A stretch of DNA of 64,000 bases from Macrostomum hystrix. Lineage: Eukaryota > Animalia > Platyhelminthes. The position numbers and the translations under genes are program-made. The notes beneath the pieces are model-generated. The model ran no database searches. It had not been told where the DNA came from and worked only from the letters and a program-made list of their open reading frames with translations. The DNA lies in the NCBI GenBank assembly GCA_950097015.1, contig CATNEN010000010.1:992001-1056000 (forward strand). Reading direction: 5' to 3'. The stretch's first letter is position 1, and each line of letters opens with the position of its first letter. Below, in pieces: positions 50,301-63,100 of the stretch.

Positions 50301-53300
50301 CCATTCAATCCAGATCCCATTCAATCCAGATCCCATTCAATCCAGATCCCATTCAATCCAGATCCCATTCAATCCAGATCCCATTCAATCCAGATCCCAT
50401 TCAATCCAGATACCATTCAATCCACATCCCATTCAATCCAGATCCCATTCAACCCACATCCCATTCAATCCATATCCCAATCAATCTATTATTAGATCCC
50501 ACTCAATCGAGATCCCACTCTATCCAGATCCCACTCAATCTCAATCTCAGGCATCAAGCTGACGGACGTGGACCAGCAGCTGTATCGCAATTTCCCCCTG
50601 GTGGTGTCTGAGCGCTGGCAGCTGGAAGTGGCTGAGACAGTCTTTAAGGTCGTCAATCAAGACGTCGACAAGGCCGAGCAGAAGCGCAAAGCCAAGCGAG
50701 ACGACAGCGGCGAGCTGACGGCGGACTCTGACTGCATTGTTGAAGGCGAGGTGCAGCGCCTGGGCGGGCCGTTCCTGCAGTCGTGGCAGAAAAAGCTGCT
50801 GAAGCTCTTCCCCAACCGCCTGGAGTTCCACAGCAAGTCTCGGGACAGCGTGCTGCTGAAAAGAAGCGCCGAGCTCATCAGCATGTTCGACATTCGCGAC
50901 ATCTGCCCGGAGTTCCAGAAGCTCGGCAAGGTTGAGAACTGCATAGTCATCAACATGAAATCCGACCAGAAGGTCTACATCACGTCTCCCGTAAGCTGCC
51001 GGCTTTGGGCTTTGAGCTGTTTTGGATTTGGTTGGGCAGCGTGTCTTCTCAATGACATTAAAATGGAGTGGGGAGGCGGGTCTTCTCAATGACATTAAAA
51101 TGGAGTGGGGATGCGGGTCTTCTCAATGTACATTAAAATGGAGTGGGGAGGCGGGTCTTCTCAATGACATTAAAATGGAGTGGGGAGGCGGGTCTTCTCA
51201 ATGTACATTAAAATGGAGTGGGGAGGCGGGTCTTCTCAATGACATTAAAATGGAGTGGGGAGGCGGGTCTTCTCAATGTACATTAAAATGGAGTGGGGAG
51301 GCGGGTCTTCTCAATGTACATTAAAATGGAGTGGGGAGGCGGGTCTTCTCAATGTACATTAAAATGGAGTGGGGAGGCGGGTCTTCTCAATGTACATTAA
51401 AATGGAGTGGGGAGGCGGGTCTTCTCAATGTACATTAAAATGGAGTGGGGAGGCGTGTCTTCTCAATGTACATTAAAATGGAGTGGGGAGGCGAGTCTTC
51501 TTAATGTACATTAAAATGGAGTGGGGAGGCGGGTCTTCTCAATGTACATTAAAATGGAGTGGGGAGGCGGGTCTTCTCAATGTACATTAAAATGGAGTGG
51601 GGAGGCGGGTCTTCTCAATGTACATTAAAATGGAGTGGGGAGGCGGGTCTTCTCAATGTACATTAAAATGGAGTGGGGAGGCGGGTCTTCTCAATGTACA
51701 TTAAAATGGAGTGGGGAGGCGGGTCTTCTCAATGTACATTAAAATGGAGTGGGGAGGCGGGTCTTCTCAATGTACATTAAAATGGAGTGGGGAGGCGGGT
51801 CTTCTCAATGTACATTAAAATGGAGTGGGGAGGCGAGTCTTCTCAATGTACATTAAAATGGAGTGGGGAGGCGGGTCTTCTCAATGTACATTAAAATGGA
51901 GTGGGGAGACGGGTCTAAATTTGAGAGCGGAAGTCTCAGTCTGTTTTAAGATGGAGGCGGATGCAGACTTCAGGGTAGATTGTTGCGAGAATGTTCAGTG
52001 CATTTCACAATACATCGCTAAAAAGCAAAAAAATTGTCGACTGTTTTAAATTAGAATTCAACAAACGCGAAAATGGGAGCTTACACTGTGAATCAATATC
52101 TCCATTGGGAATATTCTCAGGCGGGAAATGTTGGCCATCTGAAAATGCATGTCAGCTAAAAGTGCAGATTTCGGCCCGCGAGTCTCTTGTCCCCATTTTC
52201 AGTCCACGGCGGTCACAGCAGGGTGAGGGCCGCCCCTGGGGCCACTGCCACTTTCCAGTCCTTGCAGCCAAATGTCACGCTTGCACTTCTGCTCGGTTAG
52301 TTCGCGAACTAGCATCCGCGAGGTGGAGCGCCAGGTGCGCGTGCCGTGCCCGCTCCCAACTGCGCTGCCCTTTTTCAGTGCTTTCCACTGCCCCAGCAAC
52401 CAGCGGGACACTTGCACGGGTCCTGAGATTTTCCATGTTCTCAAGTTCGAGCCAGTGTAACATTGGGATAGTCTACGAGCGAGGGAAATGTTGAAGATTC
52501 GATAGTAGATAGGAGACAGGAGAGTAGATAGGAGACAGGACAGTAGATAGGAGACAGGACAGTAGATAGGAGGCAGGACAGTAGATAGGAGACAGGACAG
52601 TAGATAGGAGACAGGACAGTAGATAGGAGGCAGGACAGTAGATAGGAGACAGGACAGTAGATAGGAGACAGGAGAGTAGATAGGAGACAGGAGAGTAGAT
52701 AGGAGACAGGTGAGTAGGAGGCAGGAAAACTCCAAAGTTGCTAGATCTACCCAATGTAGCGCAGTAGCACTGGTAGACTTTGACCTGAACGGTGCCTGGA
52801 TGCACAGCCTGATGGGTGAAATCAGATTGTGGAATCCTTCATTAGGGGCCAGTGCAAGGCAATTTGCATTGCCCTATCCTCCATGTATAGCGGTCTGGGG
52901 AATGGAATCCCAGGTTCCGTGGTTCCAGGCTCCCAGTGGCCAGTGTGGCAGTCCCGGACACGCTGATGAAGCTAAACGTGATTCGGTTTTCTCTTCCTAG
53001 GTTTCGCAGCTTCTCCCTTCATTGTCGTACTTAATGAAATGCGCACCGCAGACCAAATTGACGGCCTGCGGGCCAGCCTTGGGGGCGGCGTGAAGTTGTT
53101 GCCAATATTGTACAGAGATGAGGAGCACAACTGGGGAAAGCAACAGGAATGAACTTTGGGAAGCGATTTTCGGATTCTCGACAACGTGATAACAAAAGGA
53201 CGAACCTGAAAATAATGAGGAGCAGAATTACGAAATTGAAAAGAAGTAGACCTTAGGTAAAGGCTTGCGTTGAAAAAGGCAAGTAGAGTGGAGTGAAATA

Positions 53301-54869
53301 TGAGGTCGGAGTGAGAATTTGAGTGGTAGAGTGGGAAGTAGAGTGGTGGAGTGGGAAGTAGAGTGGCGGAGTGGGAAGTAGAGTGGTGGAGTGGGAAGTA
53401 GAGTGGTGAAGTGAGAAGTAGAGTGGTGGAGTGGGAAGTAGAGTGGTGGAGTGGGAAGTAGAGTGGTGGAGTGGGAAGTAGAGTGGTGGAGTGGGAAGTA
53501 GAGTGGTGAAGTGGGAAGTAGAGTGGCAGAGTGGGAAGTAGAGTGGTGGAGTGGGAAGTAGAGTGGTGAAGTGGGAAGTAGAGTGGTGGAGTGGGAAGTA
53601 GAGTGGTGGAGTGGGAAGTAGAGTGGTGAAGTGGGAAGTAGAGTGGTGGAGTGGGAAGTAGAGTGGTGGAGTGGGAAGTAGAGTGGTGGAGTGGGAAGTA
53701 GAGTGGTGGAGTGGGAAGTAGAGTGGTGGAGTGGGAAGTAGAGTGGTGAAGTGGGAAGTAGAGTGGTGGAGTGGGAAGTAGAGTGGTGAAGTGGGAAGTA
53801 GAGTGGTGGAGTGGGAAGTAGAGTGGTGGAGTGGGAAGTAGAGTGGTGGAGTGGGAAGTAGAGTGGTGGAGTGGGAAGTAGAGTGGTGGAGTGGGAAGTA
53901 GAGTGGTGGAGTGGGAAGTAGAGTGGCGGAGTGGGAAGTAGAGTGGTGGAGTGAGAAGTAGAGTGGTGGAGTGGGAAGTAGAGTGGTGGAGTGGGAAGTA
54001 GAGTGGTGGAGTGGGAAGTAGAGTGGTGGAGTGGGAAGTAGAGTGGTGGAGTGGGAAGTAGAGTGGTGGAGTGGGAAGTAGAGTGGTGGAGTGGGAAGTA
54101 GAGTGGTGGAGTGGGAAGTAGAGTGGTGGAGTGGGAAGTAGAGTGGTGGAGTGGGAAGTAGAGTGGTGGAGTGGGAAGTAGAGTGGTGGAGTGGGAAGTA
54201 GAGTGGTGGAGTGGGAAGTAGAGTGGTGGAGTGGGAAGTAGAGTGGTGGAGTGGGAAGTAGAGTGGTGAAGTGGGAAGTAGAGTGGTGGAGTGAGAAGTA
54301 GAGTGGTGGAGTGGGAAGTAGAGTGGTGGAGTGGGAAGTAGAGTGGTGGAGTGGGAAGTAGAGTGGTGGAGTGGGAAGTAGAGTGGTGGAGTGGGAAGTA
54401 GAGTGGTGGAGTGGGAAGTAGAGTGGTGAAGTGAGAAGTAGAGTGGTGGAGTGGGAAGTAGAGTGGTGGATTGAGCAGTAGAATGGCAAAGAGTTTGAGT
54501 GCTGAGTTTTTTGGACTGAGGTACACAACAAACCGGTGGACCATGAAAGGTAGCAGAGGTGGGGAACAGGTGAGAGGTGGATCAATTGTTAGTCCAAGAC
54601 TTCCCCGCCCGCAGGACCGCGTGCTGATCGGTCAGTGGAAGGACGAGATCCTGGCAGCCTTCGAAGCTGGCAACGCCATTCTGTCGCGAATGAACGAGAA
54701 GGTCGGCAAGTGGTACGGCGCCAAGCTGTCCACCAGCTCCGCTGAGGGCGCCGCCGCCGCAGCCGCTTCTCACGGCCACCCCACAACCAGCGGGTCGCAG
54801 AGCTCTATTGATGGTGGCGGCGGAGGCGGCGGCTTGGGGCGGCGCAGCAGCCACAGCAGCTTCAGCTGA
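41389..54869 (+). CDS. GRK2: G protein-coupled receptor kinase of the GRK2/3 (beta-ARK) type, ~730 aa. Exons 41389-41501, 41834-42287, 46920-47324, 49351-49876, 50551-50990, 54615-54869
   Basis: [22 protein letters not shown]-terminus; RGS-homology domain; kinase motifs [20 protein letters not shown] and GTHGYMAPE; C-terminal PH domain. Junction phases are consistent. Confidence 0.95.
43354..44747. repeat. 44-bp minisatellite, GRK intron 2 (~31 copies)
   Basis: GGATGTCCTGTTTACAAAATGAAAGGGTTTAACTGAATTGCAAT tandem. Confidence 0.95.
45505..46838. repeat. 20-bp minisatellite, GRK intron 2 (~66 copies)
   Basis: TATGGCATTAGCAGGTGGGC tandem. Confidence 0.95.
47470..48160. repeat. 28-bp minisatellite, GRK intron 3
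   Basis: GTGGGATTTCAAGATTAGGATTGAGGGT variants. Confidence 0.9.
48960..49310. repeat. 21-bp minisatellite, GRK intron 3
   Basis: AGACAGCAGAGTCACATGGGG grading into AGACAGCTGAATGAACTGAGT. Confidence 0.9.
49920..50545. repeat. 16-bp minisatellite forming almost all of GRK intron 4
   Basis: CCCATTCAATCCAGAT tandem. Confidence 0.95.
51040..51910. repeat. 38-bp minisatellite, GRK intron 5
   Basis: CATTAAAATGGAGTGGGGAGGCGGGTCTTCTCAATGTA tandem. Confidence 0.95.
52503..52710. repeat. 19-bp minisatellite, GRK intron 5
   Basis: GTAGATAGGAGACAGGACA tandem. Confidence 0.9.
53325..54480. repeat. 20-bp purine-rich minisatellite, GRK intron 5
   Basis: GAGTGGTGGAGTGGGAAGTA tandem, with essentially no C on the + strand. 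Confidence 0.95.
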
Positions 54870-55215
54870 CTGAGCCGGTTGGGGCTGTAGTGTCTGCTCT
54901 GGCAGCCGCGGCACTGAATGAGCGGCTGAACTCCTCGGCATTCCTTCTTGTTCGGCTTGAATTCCCAGCTCAGACATTCGCGCCTTTTAGTCCGATTCGT
55001 TGTACAGTTCAGCTCACCCAATGCTGACCGTATCACGCATTGTATTGTCACTGAAGAATAGCAATTTGGTTATTGCATTCAGATTTTTGCAATATTACCT
55101 GTACTTTTGTATACTCTGACTGGCTCTTGTCACGTGCAATTTTTTATTCCACTCGGCAGACATTTACGCATTCTACTTTTTGTCACCAAACATTTTTTCT
55201 TTAAAGTTTAAAATT

Positions 55216-56165
55216 GTGGAATCCGCTCTCTAACAGCTGTGGAATCCGCTCTCTAACAGCTGTGGAATCCACTCTCTAACAGCTTTGAAATCCGCTCTCT
55301 AACAGCTGTGGAATCCGCTCTCTAACAGCTGTGGAATCCGCTCTCTAACAGCTGTGGAATCCGCTCTCTAACAGCTGTGGAATCCGCTCTCTAACAACTG
55401 TGGAATCCGCTCTCTAACAACTGTGGAATCCGCTCTTTAACAGCTGTGGAATCCGCTCTCTAACAGCTGTGGAATCCGCTCTCTAACAGCTGTGGAATCC
55501 GCTCTCTAACAGCTGTGGAATCCGCTCTCTAACAGCTGTGGAATCCGCTCTCTAACAGCTGTGGAATCCGCTCTCTAACAACTGTGGAATCCGCTCTCTA
55601 ACAGCTTTGAAATCCCCTCTCTAACAGCTGTGGAATCCGCTCTCTAACAACTGTGGAATCCGCTCTCTAACAACTGTGGAATCCGCTCTCTAACAGCTGT
55701 TGAATCCGCTCTCTAACAGCTGTGGAATCCGCTCTCTAACAGCTGTTGAATCCGCTCTCTAACAGCTGTGGAATCCGCTCTCTAACAGCTGTGGAATCCG
55801 CTCTCTAACAGCTGTTGAATCCGCTCTCTAACAGCTTTGAAATCCCCTCTTTAACAGCTGTGGAATCCGCTCTCTAACAGCTGTGGAATCCGCTCTCTAA
55901 CAACTGTGGAATCCGCTCTCTAACAGCTGTGGAATCCGCTCTTTAACAGCTGTGGAATCCGCTCTCTAACAGCTGTTGAATCCGCTCTCTAACAGCTTTG
56001 AAATCCCCTCTCTAACAGCTGTGGAATCCGCTCTCTAACAGCTGTGGAATCCGCTCTCTAACAGCTGTGGAATCCGCTCTCTAACAGCTGTGGAATCCGC
56101 TCTCTAACAGCTGTGGAATCCGCTCTCTAACAGCTGTGGAATCCGCTCTCTAACAGCTGTTGAAT
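55216..56165. repeat. 23-bp minisatellite downstream of GRK
   Basis: GTGGAATCCGCTCTCTAACAGCT tandem. Confidence 0.95.
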
Positions 56166-56931
56166 CATCGTTCTAAGAGTAGTGACTCGCAGGCGTCCCA
56201 CAATTTTCAGCTTGCATGCTGCAGTTAGAATATCACTCATTGTCTATGCTTTTGCCCATTGTGAGTCATTGTGAGAATCTTTCATTTCTATCTAATTTGA
56301 TGTTTTGCAAATGTCGTACAGTTCAACAATGCGAGGTATTTTCTATCCTCCATTGTCACGTCGCATTCGAGTCTATGAAAATCTTCATTTAATTATCGCA
56401 CTTGTCACATTTGTCACACCAACTGCCCTCTCAAATTTTCCTAACCCCTTCTTCTTTTTATATTATTCTTCCTTCTTCTCATTGCTTTTATCGCTTATCT
56501 CCGATCTCAATCTCCCTTGCCGATCTCCTGTCTCTGATATCCCAGCTTTAGTTTTAGTTTTAGATGTGTCACGAGTCTCTAGCCTCAGCACCCGCTGCTC
56601 ATTCTCATCATCAGCTTTCTGCATTATTGAAACGCCCCACCCCGCGACCTGTACATTGCTTGCTGCTCGTTCGGCAGGAACCAACACGTTTCAACTAATT
56701 TGTGTGGCAAATATTTTCCAAGTTAGTGTGCACCTGCAACAGCTGCCTGCCTGCATTGCTTGTTCATGTCGCGAAGAGGATTTTTTCTTAAAATTTAACA
56801 TTTTGTATGTTTGCTTGTTTTAAACAAATTGTAAAAAAAATTTGCGCAAACTATAGGACCAACCCGAAATTACAGGACTGCAAAAATCTGTGTTCATTAT
56901 CAGGGTTATTGTCATTGCCCTGCTCTGAACC

Positions 56932-57365
56932 GAACCCATCATTCTTTACCCTCTGACCCCAACCCTATCATTCCTAACCCTCTGACCCCAACCCTATCAT
57001 TCCTTACCCTCTGACCCCAACCCTATCATTCCTTACCCTCTGACCCCAACCCCATCATTCCTTACCCTCTGACCCCAACCCCATCATTCCTTATCCTCTG
57101 ACCCCAACTCCATCATTCCCTACCCTCTGACCCCAACCCCATCATTCCCTACCCTCTGACCCCAACCCCATCATTCCTTATCCTCTGACCCCAACCCCAT
57201 CATTCCCTACCCTCTGACCCCAACCCCATCATTCCTTATCCTCTGACCCCAACTCCATCATTCCTTATCCTCTGACCCCAACCCCATCATTCCTTACCCT
57301 CTGACCCCAACCCCATCATTCCTTATCCTCTGACCCCAACCCCATCATTCCAAACCCTGTGACGC
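56932..57365. repeat. 29-bp minisatellite
   Basis: CCCATCATTCCTTACCCTCTGACCCCAAC tandem. Confidence 0.9.
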
Positions 57366-57894
57366 CTACCCCATTATTGCCGACTTTCCGTACCCTATTT
57401 ATTCATTTTAGTGAACAAAAAACGTTTTTGGTGAGCCGTAGTGATGTTTTGCAGGGTTCGCCCCAGTATTAGCGGCAGATCAACTGTTATTTTGGTCACT
57501 ACCAGCTTTTCGTTGAGTTAGATTTTGTCAATATGCAAATTCTGAACAATTTTTTATCCAAATAAATTGCGCCCGCTTCTTTAGCGTATCTGTGCTCAGA
57601 GCACAGCTGTACACAAGGCTAAATATGCGAATTCGAAAATTGCTAATCGTTGAATTGTATTTGGGTAATACTTTTCTCAGTGCATTATAGGGCAATTTTT
57701 TACTCTTGTTTTCTATTATCGTATACCTGTCGTTAGGGTTCTCTCTACTCGATATGGTAGAGGTACGATACCTTTGAGTTAGTGTAAGGTACCTGTGTTT
57801 TGTGCCTGCTTTCAGTAATGATTACCAGCTGTCTGCAATTGGTTTCTGGTTTGATAATTGGTACCTGTAATAAATAAAAATGATACGAGTAATT

Positions 57895-58185
57895 GCTGTT
57901 GGGCTGCGGACAATGGCACATCATTTGGTGACACTAGACCCGCAGCCAGCGAGGAGGCAATTCTGCCCATTTCGCTGACTCCTGAGCACACGCACTCAGG
58001 CAGTGTACGTACACTCTCACTGTGCCTTGGAGGTTGACCCTCAAGGGTGTAAATAGCACGACAAGCCCCCAAGCCTTCTCTCCACGGCTGCGCCTCAAAT
58101 GAATGTGGCCTCGCCGCGGAATCGAACTCAGGGACCTTGGTGCGAGAAGCAAACGCTTTGTACTGCTCTGTCACTCACCCTCCTC
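57895..58185 (-). mobile_element. tRNA-derived SINE
   Basis: The minus strand has a degenerate A box and B box GAGTTCGATTCC; the body is homologous to the copy at 62980-63355. Confidence 0.75.
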
Positions 58186-59016
58186 GGGTAGTTATCATTG
58201 AGTTAGTTTTTTGAGTATATATTTTGAGTAGCTGCTACGAATTTTAGTGTAACTTTTGTTTGATATCTATTTCTTATTACGAGTTTTTGCGTACAGGTTA
58301 GTGTGGTTGGGTGCCTGTTAGATTACCTGTTGGATTAGGGACTAGCACCTTGGCTGTCAGGCATAGTTTTCCATCTGGGCCTGTTTGGGCCGCAGTCAGA
58401 GTCAGAAGGAGACCGGTGCCAGATGACACTGGCTGAGATCCATTGCTCAGAGCAGGCGGCTAAAATATTCAGCAAAATCAGCGCCCAGCATCTGAGGGCG
58501 GCCTGGCGCAGCTGCGGCCTGATGAGCTGGGCTCGGGAAAAAACTAATTTTGGCCATGATTTCGCGGAAACCGGATCGGCCGCATCGGCAGAGCTCGAAC
58601 AGGGGGTTGGAAGCCATCTGGGCCTTTGTAATCGGACACCCGCTGCTCTCGCTGACTCAATTTTTACCCTCCCCCTGCTCTCCCTCTCCCCCTGCTTATC
58701 CCCGGCCTGGGATTGAGTTGCTGGCGGGAAGGGCCGTGAGGGGGCGGATTTTCGGCTTTAAAGTGCACAGCGAATTCTGCAACTGGATCCGCCAGCAGCA
58801 GCTTTTGGACGGCGCTGCAATCCGGCTGAGCGAGTGGGTTAGAGCTCCGAGTGCGAGTACATTTTGCTGGAATAAATCATTTCACTTATTTGGTATTTGA
58901 AGCGGTCGTTCGAGAATTGCTGCCTTATGATACGAGCGCTACTACTGATCAGTAGGCGAATCAGTAGGCGAAATCTCAAATCGCTAGCATTAGGTGCGTA
59001 CAAAATTTTATCCGAG

Positions 59017-59690
59017 GCTTCTGCTGCGATTCTGGCTGAGACTTCTGCTGCGATTCTAACTCAGACTTCTGCTGCGATTCTGGCTGAGGCTTCTGCTGCG
59101 ATTCTAACTGAGACTTCTGCTGCGATTCTGGCTGAGACTTCTGCTGCGATTCTGGCTGAGACTTCTGCTGCGATTCTGGCTGAGACTTCTGCTGCGATTC
59201 TAACTGAGACTTCTGCTGCGATTCTAACTCAGACTTCTGCTGCGATTCTGGCTGAGGCTTCTGCTGCGATTCTAACTGAGACTTCTGCTGCGATTCTGGC
59301 TGAGACTTCTGCTGCGATTCTGGCTGAGACTTCTGCTGCGATTCTGGCTGAGACTTCTGCTGCGATTCTGCCTGAGACTTCTGCTGCGATTCTAACTGAG
59401 ACTTCTGCTGCGATTCTGGCTGAGACTTCTGCTGCGATTCTGGCTGAGACTTCTGCTGCGATTCTGGCTGAGACTTCTGCTGCGATTCTAACTGAGACTT
59501 CTGCTGCGATTCTAACTCAGACTTCTGCTGCGATTCTGGCTGAGGCTTCTGCTGCGATTCTAACTGAGACTTCTGCTGCGATTCTGGCTGAGACTTCTGC
59601 TGCGATTCTGGCTGAGACTTCTGCTGCGATTCTGGCTGAGACTTCAGCTGCGATTCTGCCTGAGACTTCTGCTGCGATTCTAACTGAGAC
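59017..59690. repeat. 24-bp tandem repeat, open in frame on both strands
   Basis: GAGACTTCTGCTGCGATTCTGGCT units; reads ETSAAILA on + and QPESQQKS on -. Confidence 0.9.
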
Positions 59691-60117
59691 TGCCATTTTA
59701 CAGTAGCTTCCAGCTTCCGTATCTCTATCTTTGCTGCTATTATTCTATTCTTATCTTGATTATTCTTATCAAGTGAGTTTGTTAATTGCTGATTCCAATG
59801 GCAAATTTTAGATTTTTGTTCATGATAAAAAAACTGTGCGTGAAATTTTAGGCACTCGCATTGTAGGTGCAGATATGCTGTGCATATCAATGATTTAAAA
59901 TGAAAGGTACAAGTTACATATTCAACGTTTAGAAAGCATGCATGTTCTCAAAAATATTTTTGTGTACTTAAATTGCTAAACTCATTGCCTGCAGCATTTG
60001 CCTGTAATATTGATGCGAGATAATTTTTGTGGAGTTTCGGTGCACTTAAGGTGACTTTCGATTTCAGGTTCCGATGTGTCACATCCATCAATGGGGTCTC
60101 AGGCAGCTGCGGGCGCA

Positions 60118-63100
60118 TCAATCTCGAGACACCCCGGAGTCGCTATCGCTCCGCCGGAGGTAGGACTCGTCAGTCTGCCGTCTGAGTCGCTGAGCAGCCG
60201 CGCCGGACTCAGCCGAGCACTCGACCAGGAAGTTGGCCAGGTCAGCAAACGAGTTGGGCTCGTCCGACTCTGCGCAGCTGAGAGTCAGCCGGTAGAAACC
60301 CGCCTGCCAGATCCGCACCGTGACAGTCAGGAGCCTGATGCTGGATTCAGTTATGCAAAGCTGCTGCTGCTGCTGCTGCTGCTGTTCCGGCCGCTCCTTG
60401 GCGGGCTTCAGCACTGCCATCGCTCGAACCGCTCTGACAGTCGGCAGCTTCAGCTCAAACCCGCCGACGTTCGTCTTCAGCCGAAATCCCTGCGCCGCAC
60501 CGAGGTCTTCGTCTGCGAAGCCGAACTTCTGCGGACTGCCGCAGACGCCGTAGAAACCGTTAAATTCGGGGAACGGACTGTCAGTTGATGTGTGCTGGGC
60601 CATGATCTGGTAGGAGGCGATCACATCCGATGATTGCCGCTCGTCATCGGTGCTCGCAAACACCTGCAGCTCCCAGAAGACACCGCTTGTTGGTGGTCGC
60701 GCCGTCACCGTCGCCTCATTTGTGCGATGGTCCAACACCGCCGCAATGTACGGCCCGCTTGTCCTCTGCCCGGTGCGCGGATGAACGAAGCGAGCAATGA
60801 GCAGCTTCAACCGAGGTCCCAGACCTTTGAACTTCAAGACGGCTTCCGTGTTCACCTGAATGGCCTCTTCAGTGTGAGACACTAGCTTCACCTGATGTCG
60901 GTGATGCCAGGTGCGCGGAAACGCAACTAGCTTGGCCAGCGGTTTGCTGCAGTAAATCAGGAAGTTGGCGAACTCTGGGTACTCGCTTGACACTGAGTAG
61001 ATGTCTTTGCAGCTCAGAGTGAGTCGGTAGAATCCAACCCGGCTCATCCTGATCCTCACAGTGAGCGTCAGGTAGTCCATCTCGAGCATACAGCTGCTGC
61101 TCTGCTTCTCCAGCGACTTGGCAAACTGCAGGGCGGCGCTGGCCCGCACCGGCATGTAGATTCGGAACTGGAGGCTCAGCTCACCCCCCTCCGCATCGAC
61201 CCTGAAGCCGGCATCGGAGCCGAATTCTTTCCTGAAACCGCAGGAATGCGGGCTCAGCTTGACGCCGTAGAAGCCGTCGAATTCCGGGAAAGGCTGCTCG
61301 TTCACCAGCCCGGTGGACTGAAGGAAGAAGGACGCCAGCCACTCGGCCTCTGCGGGACTCTGCTCCGTCGCAGCGCGCACCCTCAGCTCCCAAAAGGCGC
61401 CGCTGGTCGGCACCCTGGCGTAAACCGTGGCCTCCTGATTTCGCCAGTCGAGCACGGACGCGGCGAGGCTGCTGCGGCATTTCTCATTCGTCTCCGGGTT
61501 GAAGAGGCAGGCGCTGAACTGGCTCAGCGGTTGCCGAATGGCACGGAACTTCAGCTTGACCAGACCGTTGGTGCTGGCGTTCACTAGAACCCTAGCGTGA
61601 GAAGTCGGCCGCACGCCCAGTCGGTAGCTGGCCTCCCGACGCCGAACTCTGGCGTGGAAGGTGTCAAGATCGATCGGCGTCTCCATCAGTTGCCAGGGCA
61701 TGCTGGCTTCCAGGTTCGAATTCAACAGCGGAAAGTGGTCGTTCAGGAAGGTCTCCGGTGCGGGCAGGAAGTAGAAGTCTGTCTCGCGCCTCTCGAAGTC
61801 CCCGCTCTCGGAGCAGCAGCCAGTGCCCAGGACGCAGTCGACGAAGCCCCATTTGCCGTCGGCGCGCACCGCAAACCACTCGTGATTGGGCTGATCGCTC
61901 AGCGTCAGAGGCTGCAGCGGGCTGTAGCTGAAATCCTTGACGTGGCCGGTGAGCAGCATGCACTCAATGCCGAGCAGTCTGGAAAGTTGATCGCTAATTA
62001 GTTGCTAGCTCTTGCTGGCCTTCACAGGACGCCTCCGTGAGTTGTTCGTACGAATCTGGTATGTAAGCACTCACCTGAACAGGCAATACGCGACAATTGA
62101 GAAGCCGTCTCTTGCCGCTCTTTTGTTTTTGAGTGCAGAATCTGCGTCTGACGCACTCAATAGAGATTGCTTATCGTTCTGAAATGTTGTACTGGGGTCA
62201 AATCTGCAATTGAGACGGGATAAGTAATGTAAAAAATAGAACTGTTTGCTGTAAAAAAGCTGCTAACTGCTGTGACGTCTCACACTAGGTTTCTGGTGAT
62301 CCATTTGTAAACGGCTCGGATTTTATCTAGCTCCGTGATGCAGATCGAGCCCAGGTGCTCAGCCAGAGAGTGCACAGACTCTGTGGCCTCCGGCGGAGTC
62401 TGTTTGATTGGTGTTTAGGTTGGCTGTGTACTGAATAAGCCTGTCATGCTCCGCATACTCTTGCTCTGGAGTCCACTGTCAAAGTGGTCTAATAGTCTTA
62501 CCAGCAATACGCGCTCGTCAAGCTGGCGGAAGGAGTCCAAATTGGGCCGATTTCCGATTGGCACCAGAGTTTCCGCCTGTTGCTAAAGAGTAAGCGAGTC
62601 TAGACATGCACCAGTGTGTTAGACATTAATAGGTGGGTTAGACATGCACCAGTGTGTTAGACATTAATAGGTGGGTTAGACATGCACCAGTGTGTTAGAC
62701 ATTAATAGGTGGGTTAGACATGCACCAATGTGTTAGACATTAATAGGTGGGTTAGACATGCACCAATGTGTTAGACATTAATAGGTGGGTTAGACATGCA
62801 CCAGTGTGTTAGACATTAATAGGTGGGTTAGACATGCACCAGTGTGTTAGACATTAATAGGTGGGTTAGACCGACCGGCATCCGTCCATGTAACCCGTGC
62901 TAGACATGTCCAGCTAGTTCAGCAGGTTCAGGTCACTCTACACTTGGTTCTGAATCTATCAGTTACCATCACTCTGACTGAGGGGTGGGTGGCCGAGCGG
63001 TTGACACGTTTGCCTCTCGCACCGAGCTCCCTGAGCTCGATTCCGCGGCGAGGCCACATTCATTTGGGGCGCAGCCGCGGAGAGAAGGCTTGGGGGCTGG

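Noticed and set aside
52190-52970. Nested gene in GRK intron 5
   Set aside because: Short GC-richer open stretches with stops and no recognisable domain; cannot be supported without a search.
56932-57365. Interstitial telomeric repeat
   Set aside because: Only isolated CTAACCCT-like words occur within a 29-bp unit; there is no (TTAGGG)n run.
58505-58550. Hammerhead ribozyme at CTGATGAGCTGGGCTCGGGAAA
   Set aside because: Helix II is out of register with GAAA, and no helix I/III or cleavage triplet can be formed.
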